The notes under the pieces are model-generated. The model did not search any database, had not been told where the DNA came from, and saw only the letters and a list, made by a program, of their open reading frames with translations. A DNA stretch of 51,176 nucleotides, the filler included, from Dirinaria sp. TL-2023a (lineage: Eukaryota), in the NCBI GenBank assembly GCA_051941275.1. It is 3 parts of 3 records of this genome, joined end to end, with 100 filler letters (N's around TTAATTAATTAA, not from the genome) between each part and the next. Parts side by side here need not be neighbours in the genome. Positions count along the whole stretch, not along the records: positions 1 to 17,001 come from JAVEBF010000459.1; 2 more parts are not named here. One strand, given 5' to 3'. Of this stretch, positions 1 through 12,250 are shown one piece after another. Both the position numbers and the translations under genes were made by a program. The stretch's first letter is position 1; every line of letters begins with the position of its first letter.

Positions 1-408
1 GGGTAATGAAGAATGTAGAAACAGGAGATCGTGGGTAAGTACAGTAGATACAGAACGCGGTTGATCTGAGGCTCTCAACACTCGACTCTCACTTGAAGTT
101 CCGACTTCACAAAATGGGCTATACCTATCGTGGCTAGTGTATTTGGCGAAACTTCGGCTTTGCTTGGTTGCCCCGGCAGTGACGTTTTGTTTAGGATCAC
201 CCGTTAGCGCCCGAATCCTTGTCTCTCACACAGCAGATGCAACCACTACGGATAGAGGATTCCCCATTACTCTGAGATATGTTGCAAGTATAATCGTCAA
301 TTGAAAAGAACGAAGTCATTTTAGACTCCACCGCCGGGAATATAGATCAAAATCTTCCAGGGTCTCTGCTGCCACTTGCTTCGCGACCAAAACTGCGCTG
401 TCCCAGCA

Positions 409-3400
409 ATGCCAGGGACAGTCGCGGAAGGACCGACCGTGTCGCTATCCTGTGAGCGGATTGATGTCGCTTTAGATCTCACACTGACTTCCTTAGTTGC
501 GAACAACTTTTGGGGCAAGGAGGATGCCGGTGTTCAACCACTGCTCGAACGCATGCAAAATGCCAAAGGAACTTGCGATGAATTGAAAGCTTTTTACAGC
601 AGTATGTACCCCGAGACCAACAAGAGGTGTGATCATTTGCTGATTTCTACAGGTCGTGCCTCGATCGAGGACGAATATGCGCGCAAATTATTGGCTCTAT
701 GTCGCAAGCCACTCGGTTCAGCAGAGGCCGGCACTCTGCGAGCGTCTCTCGATGTCATGCGCGGAGAAGTCGAATCGATGGGAAAGTCGCATCAAACCAT
801 TGCGGGTCAAATGAAAAGTGAACTAGAGGAGCCATTGGCTGCGTTCGCAGGAGGGATGAAGGAGCGCAGGAAGATTGTGCAGAATGGGATCGAGAAGTTG
901 TTCAAGCTCAAGGTCCAGCAAACCCAGACAGTGAACAAGGTTAGCGAGATCTTCGGCGGATAAGAACAAGATGCTGACGTTCGGCAGTCGCGGGATCGAT
1001 ACGAGCAAGATTGTCTCAAAATAAAGGGCTATCTAGCGCAAGGGCACATGGTCATGGGTCAAGAAGAGCGCAAAAACAAGGCTAAGATGGAGAAGACGCA
1101 AATCCAGCTGGCTTCGACGAGCAACGAATACGAGGCAGCTGTTAAGGCGTTAGAAGAGACAACGGGCCGATGGAACAGAGATTGGAAGGCTGCTTGCGAT
1201 GTAAGATTATGCTGTCCCCAATAGCATACATTTACTGAAAGACTTCAGAAATTTCAAGACCTGGAGGAGGAGAGACTCGACTTTACCAAAAGCAGCCTAT
1301 GGACTTTTGCAAACGTGGCATCTACAGTCTGTGTGAGCGATGATGCGGTAAGCAAGAGCGATTCCAACTCATCTTCGCACTGCTAAGTATAGATTCAGTC
1401 ATGCGAAAAAATACGAGTTTCGCTTGAAAGCTGCGAAGTCGAGAAGGATATCACAAGCTTCATCCAAGAGAAGGGGACGGGCCAAGAAATCCCAGATCCA
1501 CCTAAATATATCAATTTCTGTCGAGGCGACCTTAACGACACGGCATCAGAGACTTCCGAAGACGAAGCTTACTCAGTGGCCCAATTTCAACGAACCATCA
1601 ACCCAGCCTTCCGAACGTCTTCTCCGCAACCCTCAACATTTGAGTCTCACCATGACCCTCAGTCAGATCTCGCTATGCGTGTGGGTCACCAAGATGCGCA
1701 AACACCACCCAGCCGCGAAACCACCTTAACCCCGCAAAAGGCGATGGGTCAACCTCCGCCACAGATCGATTATCGAAAGCAAGCTCAGAGTCAGGCGCAG
1801 CTTCACAGTTTGCAGACTGAAGGTATTGCGCCTATCCCGCACAACGACTACCCAACAGATGGCATGACCATGTTCTGTCGTACTGCTGCACCCTCGGATC
1901 GATCATCTGCAGCAAGCCCAGTGAGACCGTCGAGCCGAGACTCGCAGAGTGAATACTCGAATCCTACATCGTTCTCGAGCCAGGAGCCTGCGGCCGCAAA
2001 GCAGTCGCCCACCAAGCAGGCCTCTGCGTTACACGAGGTGAGTCCTACCAAACAGGTGCAGAAGAAGAGAAGCGGCTTCTTTAGCAACAGCCCCTTCCGA
2101 AGAAAGAGTAAGCATGACAAAGAGCCCCCGGTCATTGCCCCTCCGGAGCCACGGAACAATTATGGTTCATCTGGTCGAGATGCGGGCAGCAGTAGAGCGA
2201 GCCCAACTCGTGGCCCCGATCAAAACAATCACTCAAGATTCCGAGACGCCCACTCTGGCAGCCCAGAACCTGTAGATCCTCGTGCCAATTTCCAGCTGAA
2301 CGTTGGCAATAATGTATTCGATGTGGCATCACCAGATTCTCATCGCAAAAAGCCAGCTCCAAACAATGTATCATCCCCGGCAAAAGACCTGGATCCTATA
2401 GCTCAAGCACTTGCGGAGCTGAAAGGGATTGGCAAACAATCCTCGGTACGAATGTCCGCCGACCGGTACCATGGCATAGCAACTCCTGGCCCGGGAGCCA
2501 CGCCGAATCGAGCATCAGATGTTGCAGCCGCTCAGCGTGGGACTCCGCCGCCATCGTACAATGACCCGCCGATGAAGCGTCTTGATGCACCACAGCCCGC
2601 ATTCACGTCTGCACAAATGCAGCAGACTACCCGCAAGTACGTTGGCCAGACGCAAAACATGTATGGCTCGTCAAGACCGGGCACACGAGACAGCAGTGAC
2701 GTGCCACGGGCGACATCCCCGTTGCCTATGAGGAGTACCAGCCCGCGTCCAGGGTACAACGGCTCGAACGCCCAAGCCCGAGCAGGCTATTCACGAAGTG
2801 CGAGTCCCAATCCTTACGGCGGTCCAAAACAACCCAGCAGTAGCCCCACCAAGCAAGGCTACACCAACAGCAACAGTGGACAGTATTCGAAGCACAACTC
2901 GCCCGGCAGCAGTCCTATAAAGCACAACTATGCGAGCGGCGCCGGCAGTGGGAGGTATTCGCGGCATGGCTCACCAGGCGACATTCCCCGAGCGGTGTCT
3001 CCGCAGCCGCAATTCGCGAGGCAAGAACGACCGAGCAGTAGCAGCGGTGGTGGCATGGCTCTGCAGCTGTCGAACGGAGACGGAGGCGCAAACCAGCGCT
3101 CACGGGCCAACACGAATGCGCGACCCGTCAGCTATTATGGAGGTCAGCGCGGGAGCGATGGGGGTATGCAAGACCCCAGTGCAAGGAACAGGAGCAAGAG
3201 CGTTGCGGATGGACGGCAATTCACGCGAGACGGTCGACCTATTCTGCAATTCGGTAAGGTCATTCTGCATATTGTGCTATTCAGAACACACTGATAGATT
3301 TTTGTGATTAGCTCGAGCAATGTATCTTTACCGCGCCGCGATCCCCGAGGAGCTCAGCTTCGCCAAGGGTGATATACTGGCAGTCACTCGGTACCAAGAC

Positions 3401-3481
3401 GACGGTTGGTGGGAGGCCGAGGTCACGGGCAAGGGTGGACATCCGGGCTTGGTCCCTAGTAATTATCTGCAGCCCATGTGA
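409..3481 (+). CDS. hof1: Septation/cytokinesis protein of the Cdc15/Hof1/Imp2 family (N-terminal F-BAR, disordered middle, C-terminal SH3); multi-exon
   Basis: Spliced product MPGTVAEGPTVSLSFANNFWGKEDAGVQPLLERM...RASIEDEYARKLLAL (FCH/F-BAR); last exon ARAMYLYRAAIPEELSFAKGDILAVTRYQDDGWWEAE...GLVPSNY is a canonical SH3; GT-AG introns e.g. 452-496, 1201-1247, 3254-3311; TGA 3479-3481. Confidence 0.93.
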
Positions 3482-4093
3482 GCCTGCTCACGGTTAGCGA
3501 GGCAGGGAGCGAATATGATCATATGGGGAATTGTGCTGGTTTTAGTTCGGCGTCTTATGTAAGTATGTAGCCCGAGATATCGGTCTTGTTTCTTCTCTTT
3601 TTCCCCGTTGATACTGGCGCGTAATTAGCTTTGTCGATATTAGTCCCGAGAATGAATTGTACAGTTCAGTAAAGTGTCTTTGGACGTATGTGGGACTACC
3701 GTCCCTGATATGAGGCCTTCCACCTTAGAACCCTGAGAATATCTTGAAGTAAGTGGTTCCTAGACAGGACAGGATTCTCGATGCCCTTTCCGTAGACAGC
3801 TTCAGCTCTTTATCAATGGTAGTGGAGAAAATCAAGCAAACTTCACGACCAACATCGCTCAATCAGCCAAGAACATGTTTGGTGGCCGCCGCTCGATGAG
3901 TCGTATATGCAGCATTTATAAGGGGCTGCAACAAAATCAAAGGCAAGCAGAGACGCGAAGATCCAGCAATTCGAGTATCTTCATGCATTCACGAAGACAG
4001 AACGAGGATTCAGGAACTCCAATCAAATATAGTACAGGGGTATCTTTCAATCCAGGGAAAAAAAAAGATCTCCTCAGCAGCGGTGGTACGCTT

Positions 4094-4859
4094 TTACTCC
4101 GAATCCACAAACGAACTAGCCAATCTCCCGAAGAACGGTATCTCAAAGCGATCGAGTCCATCAGCTACACCGACCAGTACGTGTTAGCATTCTTATCCAC
4201 AATGTTCCTCACCAAAAAAGAAGAAGGTAGCCTTACCATCGCGATACGCCCGAAAGCTCAAGATCCCAATCAACCCCAAATCGCCGACGAAGAGGATCCA
4301 TGACAGAACACTGGACCACGATAGAAGGAGATGCAGAACAAAGAGCGCCGCGAACAACAAGCTCGATTGCCATGCATGGAACCTGAAACCCCACCAAGCT
4401 TCCCATCAGCCAACTACACTCTTCCTTACTTACCTACCTAGGTCCAGACCTGCCAGTCTGGAGTTTTGGGGGAGAGAATTCATACCGCACATAATCACTC
4501 TTCTGCTCCACCACAAGCAACAGTACTCCCCCCGCGGGCGGCAAAAGCAGATACGCCAACATCGCCTCATAATCGAGCCGCAGAGGCAGACTCGTCTCAA
4601 ACAGGTTCACATTCAGCCGCCCTGCGCTTTCGACATCATGATCGGGACTCCCGAACCCGGTTCCAGGCGAGGAACTGAAATGGCTTGGTGGTGGGAGCGA
4701 GGCGGAGGAGAAGGGGTCTGTTGTTGTTCTCGTTGTTGTGGGACGGTGAGGAGGAGGGGATTTCGGGGCTGGAGAACGGGTGCTGGAACGCTGTGGTGGT
4801 GGAGGGGACAGCGCGCGCGCTGTTTCGGGCGAGGTGTCTTGGTAGGGTGCAAAATCCAT
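4094..4859 (-). CDS. UPF0132-like small membrane protein with Pro/Ser-rich N-terminus (3 exons)
   Basis: MDFAPYQD...LRLDYEAMLAYLLLPPAGGVLLLVVEQKSDYVR spliced to FHAWQSSLLFAALFVLHLLLSWSSVLSWILFVGDLGLIGILSFRAYRD and DGLDRFEIPFFGRLASSFVDSE*; stop at 4094-4096. Confidence 0.8.
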
Positions 4860-5420
4860 GGTGCGAGGAGGGTGGAGCTGTTGAAGTGAAAGGGATTGTA
4901 GGGTATGAGGCTTGAAGTTCCATGGCCGAGGTCGTGTGATGGCCGCGGGCTTGCGATTTGATTTTAGGGCTCATATAGGTTCTAATTTTCACGCTTGTCT
5001 AAGGTATTCATGCACACCTTATGAGGTTGATAGTGGGCTTTGTTTCGACAGTCTTCAGTATGAAGAGAGAAGTTGATTGTGGGTGACTTTGACGTTTCTC
5101 CTTAGCCTTGCTGCAATAATTACCTCTCGGAGGTATTTCTCTCATCGCGGGTTACATGCTACAGAAAAAGTTTATGCGAACCAGAAAGGCCGAAATGGTC
5201 GTGAAAGTCAAACTTATGAACAAATCCAAATAATGCGCGAAGAAGGGATGGATATACCGCAGCACCACAGCATCCAAAGCACGATGCTGCCCAATGTTTC
5301 TCGGTGTCCACTATTTACTCTTAGCCCCATAAATCACCGTCGATACAGCAAAAATCCGTCAGTCCTGGCCTAGCCCAGTAACCAACGCCATGCTCCATAG
5401 ATGGTCTCTGATCGGCCGAA

Positions 5421-7814
5421 TTACTCATCCATAACATCCTGCTCGCTGCCGGGCTCGGAATCGCCAGCCAGCTCTTGCTCGACTTCTTCCACTACGAAGC
5501 CTTCGTAGTCTTCAAGGCTCTTCTGAATGTGGACTTTGAACTTGATGATGTCGTTCAACATCCTCTCGACCTCTGTGTGCAGTTCTTCCCGCAGGGTATT
5601 CGCACGCAGCGTGAGCTGTTCGTACCTATCCGGAGTCAGCTAAACGGTTGATGATTGGATGAAAGGGAGACGGCAAATCGAACTCGATATTGGTATTCAT
5701 CTCTCTCTGCTCCATCAACTGCACGCTCTCCGTCAAGCCGCTTCTCATTTTCGCCAGCTCCTTCTCCATCTTCTCAATTTGCGCATCTGACGCAAGCTTT
5801 TGGGTGCTGGTCACTTCTTTGGTCTTCTCAAACTCTTCTTCTGCTGCCCTGACTCGATGCTCCAAGGCCTCCACCTCACTTCGCTTATCGTCAATGGCTT
5901 CTTTGATCGAATCGAGAAGTTCGTGGTTTTTCATGTCCGTATCCATTGCAATGGTACGTCGTTCGTTGATCTCTTTTCTTAGGCCGATAAGCTGCGATTT
6001 AATACTGCCTCGAAGATCAAGATTCAACAGATGCGCTGGATGATACCCAGTGCCTGGAGCAGACAGCAGTCGGTCTGTCTCAGGTTGCCCACGTTGTGAA
6101 GAAGAGAAGGATGGGGCAGCATTGGTGTTGAGATGCACTTCAAACTCGGCGCCTTTGGCATTGGCGGCATTTGCGGGAATCAGGTTGATCTGGTAGCAGA
6201 GAGAATTGTATCTGCTCACTGTCCGTTCCAGGTCTTCGAGGGCTTGATTGGCTTCGCTTTGCTTTTCTGCACATTTCTTCTTCGTCTCTTCCAGCTTGGA
6301 AGTTGCGGCACTCACACTGGTTGAAAGACGTTCTCGCTCGCTGTTCATACGATCAATATCCTCAATGGTAATACCCTGCCGATCAACCGCTTGCTGGAGG
6401 CTGATCTTCTCCTGTTCAGACTCCAGGAGCTCCTTCTCTGACGTAGCAATCATCTCGGACAGGGCTGATATCTTGTTTTCGTATTTCTGGACCTTTTCTT
6501 CGACGGTACGGTTGTAATCCTCGAACTTGCGTTTGTCGTCTTCCAAGATCTTGAAGTGTTTTTCGAGCTTCGCGAGATCAGGGATGCCTTTCTCAGCTTC
6601 TTCAATCTGCTGCTTCAGCACCAAATGTTCCGCCTCAAGAATCTTCATCTCTTCTTCATACTTCTGATTACCGCGCTGAAACTCCGCGGCCATTGCTTCC
6701 ACATGGGGTACTAATAGCTTGTCTGCATCATCGTCATCTCCCTCATCGTCTACTTGCAGCCAGTCTCGATAGGCTCCGCTCAAAAATCGGAAAATTATTC
6801 TATCACCACTGACATCCACTCCAGCTTCTGCGCATGCATCATCATACTCTCCTGCCTCATAACGATCCAGCATCTGCGCAAGCTGCATCATCCAATGAAG
6901 CAATCCCAGGAATGTCAACCAGTTTTGACCGCCTACAGCGGATAGCTGGCTTTTGGTAATGCTTTTCTCGAACGGATAACGCAGCTGCTTCAGTAATGGC
7001 GGCACCTCCGCGGCGATGTTCTTTTGAAACTTGTACCCCGGATCCAGCCTATGGTACAGCCATTGAAACATAAGATCAAAATCCTTCTGCGTCGTTCTCG
7101 TCATTGTGTTCTGACTCAACGTGTGCCTCATTTGCAATTCAAAATTGTTCTGGGTAAGATAGTCCAGCAACTCCTGGCTAATCTTCGCACGATATGCACC
7201 ATCCTTCAGTGGTCGTGGGTCCTTGGGTACACCGGCCGGTACTGGCCCCTGCGCGAAGAAAGATTGGTGGCTCGTCGGCCCAGTCGACGAAGGCCGCGAA
7301 TATACACTGCTCCTCCGTTGGACACTTTGCGATGCGCTCATTGGAGGCTGCGAATGAGGCGTCAGAGCGCTGCCTGGCGCATAGCTCATCCGCGGCGCTG
7401 ACGCGGCGTTGCCGAAGATATTCGAGGATGAACTCCGTTGTACCGTTGACGGACGACCGAGGTCCGCAAGATTGTTACCGGATGAGGAGCGCGCAAAGGA
7501 AGGTTGCTGCGGCGGCCTGTTAGGCGCGAGGGACATGCGCGATGTGGAAATCGAGCGGCCATGGTTCGTGGTGTGAGGAGCTGTCAGGTGAGGCTCTTTG
7601 ATGTTCGATATCGAATTCGATCGCTTCAACGCCGATGCGGGTTGCGGGATGGCGGAGTTGAAATTGAGATTCCCGAGAGTCTATACACGTAAAACCCAAA
7701 AAGCAATTAGAATTTGCGCTTCTGCTCGTCGTTGACTCTCATTTTGCCATTGAAAAGATTGTAACGTACTTCTCTCGGCCGGCGCACGCTGAATAACCCC
7801 GTGTCTTGCGACAT
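5421..7814 (-). CDS. ndc80: Kinetochore protein Ndc80/HEC1 (3 exons)
   Basis: Exon 1 [23 protein letters not shown]...[22 protein letters not shown]...[24 protein letters not shown] domain followed by long coiled coil; last exon after intron 5626-5683 ends ...EQDVMDE*. Confidence 0.96.
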
Positions 7815-8000
7815 GGCGAGCGCTCGCTGGCTGGCCTGACAAGACCCAAACAAACAAAAGCTATATCACGGTCCCCCGCAGGCAAAAAGTTGGCGAGCGG
7901 TGTGCGTTTTTGGAACAGCGTAAAATGAATCAGTCGGCGACAAAATGATTGTCGATTGTGAGTGCTATCAAAAAAGACCTACTATGCGCAAAACAAAACC

Positions 8001-8026
8001 GTAAACAGAAAGAGCAAAAGTAAACA
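8001..8026. promoter_or_regulatory. Two GTAAACA forkhead-type motifs in the ndc80/pex14 divergent promoter
   Basis: GTAAACA at 8001-8007 and 8020-8026, about 190-210 nt upstream of the ndc80 ATG; matches the Fkh/Sep1 consensus known for mitotic genes. Confidence 0.45.
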
Positions 8027-8325
8027 AAAGCGCTTACTCCGCTCACTTTAAAAACCGTAAAAGCTTGGCGCGCAATGCAGCCCTAAGGTACTCTACCCTA
8101 CCCAGGACCTAAGATAAGGGAACAATCAGCAAAAGCCGAGGCTCACTACTACTGCAGATCCCGACCTCCCCAATTTTCGAACATGGAGAGCCATCCCAGA
8201 GCATGGAGCTTCTCTGGTGGCCCTACGGCGACAGAAAGCGAATGATGAATCGTCCATCGATGCTCCGCCAACCACTATCTTCTTGATATTTTCACTCAGT
8301 AGTCTGCGTATTCGTTGCCAACAAC

Positions 8326-9671
8326 ATGATTCGAGAGGACCTGATTTCATCCGCTGTAAGTAACGAACCCTCTATCCCGTCCATCATATCATCATGATAG
8401 AAGGCTCTGCTAACACATAGCCCTGCAGATTTCCTGTAAATAAAAAAGAACATACCCCGAAGCTGAGACGGACAATCCCTGAACGCTGATCCTGTCTTAC
8501 GCTACAGTTCTTCAAGACCCATCGGTCGCGGCCTCGTCGCTCGAAAACCGAGTCGCGTTCCTTCGATCCAAGAACCTGACGCAGGAAGAGATAGACGCGG
8601 CGTTGGCGAGAGCAGCCGGCGATGGCTCCGCTACTGCACAGCAGTCCCCAGTTCCACCTCCGCCACCACCTATTCCAGCGCAGAACAATCACGGTTACTC
8701 GAATCAATCGATGATGATACGGCAGCCGGGTTACGGCTATTGCCCGTATCCCGGGCAGTGGGGAGGACCGCCGGAGTGAGTAGGGGGGGGCTTCAGTTTC
8801 CCATCTACGAGAGCCAAAAGAAGAAGCAGCAAGCTGACAGAGAAGCCGGAACAGGCCTCCAAAACGCGACTGGCGGGACTGGTTCATTATGGCCACCGTC
8901 ACCAGCGGCGTCGGCTACGCAGCGTATGCGATTGCAAAACGCTACATCGCGCCCCTCATCGCTCCTCCTACCCCGCCGCAAATCGAAGCCGACAAGGCCT
9001 CCATTGATGCCTCCTTTTCCCGCGCGTTCGCCCTCATTGATCAACTCGCCGCCGATACAGCGGCGGTCAAGGAATCCGAAGCAGCCCGGACGGAGAAGTT
9101 GGACTCGACGTTCTCATCGCTGAATACTATGATCGAGGATCTGAAAGCCGCGAACACGAGACGTGAGAATGAAGCGAGGGTGACGGCGGATCAGGTCAGT
9201 GGATTGCGGGAGCTGGTCCCCAAGGCGCTCGAGGGATGGAAACAGGTCGAGGATCGAAAAGTCGAAGAGCTGGGGGCCGAAGTTCGGAGCTTGAGGAAGC
9301 TTCTACAAAATCGCATGGGTGGTGGTGGTGGTGGTGCGCAGACACCCACGAGTGTAGTAGGAGGCCAAGCGCTGGCTTCGCAGTCTACTTTTGGTGGAAA
9401 GCTTCCTTTCGCATCCGAGGACCCAGATAGATCAACGCAGAATGCGACGAATACCTCAGCTACTGCGAGTGCAGCGGACAGGAGTGGAACGGTGGAGACG
9501 CAGGATGAGGATGTGATTGCGCCTGCGCCTGGGATCAACGTGCCAAAGCGAGATGCAAGTGCGCATCGTGGGGGCTTTGGGAGTGGGAAGGCAGCAATAC
9601 CCGCGTGGCAGATGGCTGCAAAAAGCAAAAACGGTGACGCCGGGAGCTCAGATGCTGGCGTTGGGTCATGA
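8326..9671 (+). CDS. pex14: Peroxisomal membrane anchor Pex14 (4 exons incl. 7-nt micro-exon)
   Basis: Spliced MIREDLISSA-IS-FLQDPSVAASSLENRVAFLRSKNLTQEEIDAALARA (Pex14_N), RDWRDWFIMATVTSGVGY, coiled coil, C-terminal AAIPAWQMAA; TGA at 9669-9671. Confidence 0.95.
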
Positions 9672-10065
9672 AACAGGATTCGGGACGCGTTCAGTAGGTA
9701 TAATTAAACATTTGAGGCTTTCAGCATCATTTGGAGGTTCTTTAGTCTTTACACTTTATTGGGGGCCACCACTTCTTTTCTTTTCGTGCCGCAAATGTAG
9801 CAACGGGCGTAACATCCACGCTAACTTTATAATTCGCACTTCCCACGTGGGCGGCTCCTTTCTCTTCTTTGATTTAGACTTTGGTGGTTCAGAGCTGATC
9901 GTTAGCTTAACGTACCTTTGAGGCAAAGCGATGATGTTTGACGAGATGGCTTTTTTGTCTATACTCCTAGTTCCTACCGTAATGCGACCGTAATCCCATA
10001 ACGATTCAGCCCAAGCAGCGAAATCCCAAAATGAACGTCGACTTACCACGAGGGTTGTCACGAGG

Positions 10066-10247
10066 TGGCAAGGATCGCCGAAGCTTCTCGAGCGCCGTAG
10101 GCACACTACTTCAGGTCCTGAGGTAGCATTTCGCTAACTAGCGGCGGCCACGGGAGCACCTAGCGGCACCTAGTAGTAATGCTATGGCCCAGGATTCGCA
10201 GATTTCTCCACAGCTCTTATTATTCCTACGGAGTCCGGTGATTGCCA
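10066..10247. repeat. Degenerate nested inverted repeat (fold-back / MITE-like relic)
   Basis: Nested complementary blocks: TGGCAaggATCGCCG 10066-10080 / CGGTGATTGCCA 10236-10247; CCGTAGG 10095-10101 / CCTACGG 10225-10231; TCCTG 10116-10120 / CAGGA 10190-10194; TAGCATT 10124-10130 / AATGCTA 10178-10184. Confidence 0.45.
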
Positions 10248-11199
10248 AGTCGCAGATCGATCTTTGTCACAGCATCGATCGTCACCTAAAGTCGATAGCC
10301 GAACGATCTTGTCGGGAAGAAAGTCCTAGCTGTAGTAATAATGAAGCCTGCTCGATTGTGAGAGGCACAAGATCAAGGCCTTTTACATGGTCATGGTGCT
10401 GGGACGATGTGGTAGTGGCGAGCGATAATTCCTAGTCTGTCAGAGACTTTGCCACATGCTTCAGAAATTTTGTTTTGTAAACTTCATGATATGCAGTGGC
10501 ATCTCTAGGCGGAGAGCCCGCCTGATGTTCATTGACGATTGTGATGATTTACTAGCACCAAAAGAGATGAAGAAGAAAAGAAAGAAAGGAAGGGGCAATT
10601 CTCATCCCCAGGAGTAGAGACACGTTATCCGTATGCTCTGCGCCCTGCTTCTTCATCGACTCGTAATTTGAGGCTCTGGTTCGAAGCGCGCATGCTCTCA
10701 GTCATTCCAGAGCTCGACAGGGGCCTGCCACACAGCCTTCACTTCCCGCTTGCTAGCTTTTGCTCGCAATGCCGTGCTTTCCGGTTGTTGTCTTGTTGAG
10801 GACTTAGACCGATGTAAGGACTGCATTGGTAGTTACTGTGGGTGTAGCATGTCGGGTTTGATCTTCACTACTGTTCCATCGACGCGCGGCTTAACGGGAT
10901 TCATCTGCTTCGATCGATGCGCTCTTCAGCTGTGTCTGCGTATCTAGGCAGTGATGGCCAGCAGTAGCCAGGCTCGATTTCGGGGAGCGGTGTAGATATT
11001 CACACCCGTCCCGGCCCTTAGGGCATGCTGAAGTTGTTGCACGTACCTTATGTATAGTCATAGAAGCGGCTTGTCCCGCTTGGGTGGCTTGCTAGTGATT
11101 GCCCCTTTTCTCGCCCTGCCTGACTCGTCACCCAGATGCAAACTTTACTGGTGGCTCGGGACTGCCGTCCCGTCGCGTGTGCTGCTTTTTGGGACCGTT

Positions 11200-12250
11200 A
11201 AGGTACTAAGGTAGACACTGTACTTTGTTCTTCTGCCTGACTATCTTCTTCAGCTCGCCCCACAGTAATTGTGATTGAAGAGCACCGAGATGGTAAGCTG
11301 CGAGACGCTGGAATTGAATTTGAGCGGATTGATACCCAAATACCAGGTACTCGTACTTGGCCAATTTTTCGAAGAAACTTCTTATTGCTTTCTCTTATCA
11401 AGGTTCAGACTCGGGCGGCACAGTCTTGTTCAAGCCGAGGTTTGCCCAAAGCAGTCGGCACAAAGCAGGTTTTGTGTCTACCTTTACTTTGGAGCCTTTT
11501 CCACTACTTTTTTTGTAGATTAGACTTTGCAAATACCAGGTATCTGCCGTAATTCGAATATGATCTTGCAGTCTAGCATAGAAAATCCTTGTGATATTTG
11601 TAATCCATGATCTTCCTGCTCCCGATGCTTGAAGGTTTGATTAGTGATAGAAGCGTGATAGGAGCGCAACAGGGTATAGTAGCTTCGGGTTTTGCTGACT
11701 TTCATCGTCACTACGTGACCTTCATTTCGATCTCCTGACTTCTGTGCGGTGACTCAGCCACGTTCCTTCTGGATCGAGATTATGCACCCAATGCTGCATA
11801 CGAGCGGATCCGATTATGCGAGTCCCAAAGCAAGTCAGATCCTGCATCCTTCGGTATGACAAACCTCGCATACTGATGTCGCAATTCTGACAGGATTCAA
11901 CTCTATCTTCAACACATGCTGCCGCTTCTTGGAGAGACTTCTCCAAATGGAATTCGCAGACTCGCATTTGCTTCGACTCAATAGCATCTCCAACCATTCG
12001 ACATCTTAATCCGGAAGGGGAGCTTGGCACAACAGCTGTCTAGCCGGTCAATCCTGTACTACTGTACATGGGGGCTGGCTGAAGGCTGATCAGGAGTTAC
12101 CCAGTGTTCCCTATGGAAGTCAGCATATCTTTATCTGTGATTATCATAGAGTCGATAAAATCGGTGCTGAAGGATGCGCTTTCTGGGAAGCTGATGGAAC
12201 TTTCGAAGTTGGAGAAATTGGATATGCCGAAAATTCCAGTAAGCAATCAC
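11200..12250 (-). pseudogene. Possible decayed protein-coding gene of unknown family
   Basis: One minus-strand frame reads protein-like for several hundred codons (LLTGIFGISNFSNFESS...GNTG*...GLTG*TAVVPSSPSGLRCRMVGDAIESKQMRVCEFHLEKSLQEAAACVEDRV...) but is broken by in-frame stops; no family recognised. Confidence 0.25.

Noticed and set aside
3875..4303. 142-aa plus-strand ORF and similar antisense ORFs across the window (e.g. 14114-14680, 34208-34621, 47775-48281)
   Set aside because: Shadows of well-supported genes on the opposite strand, with no recognisable motifs.
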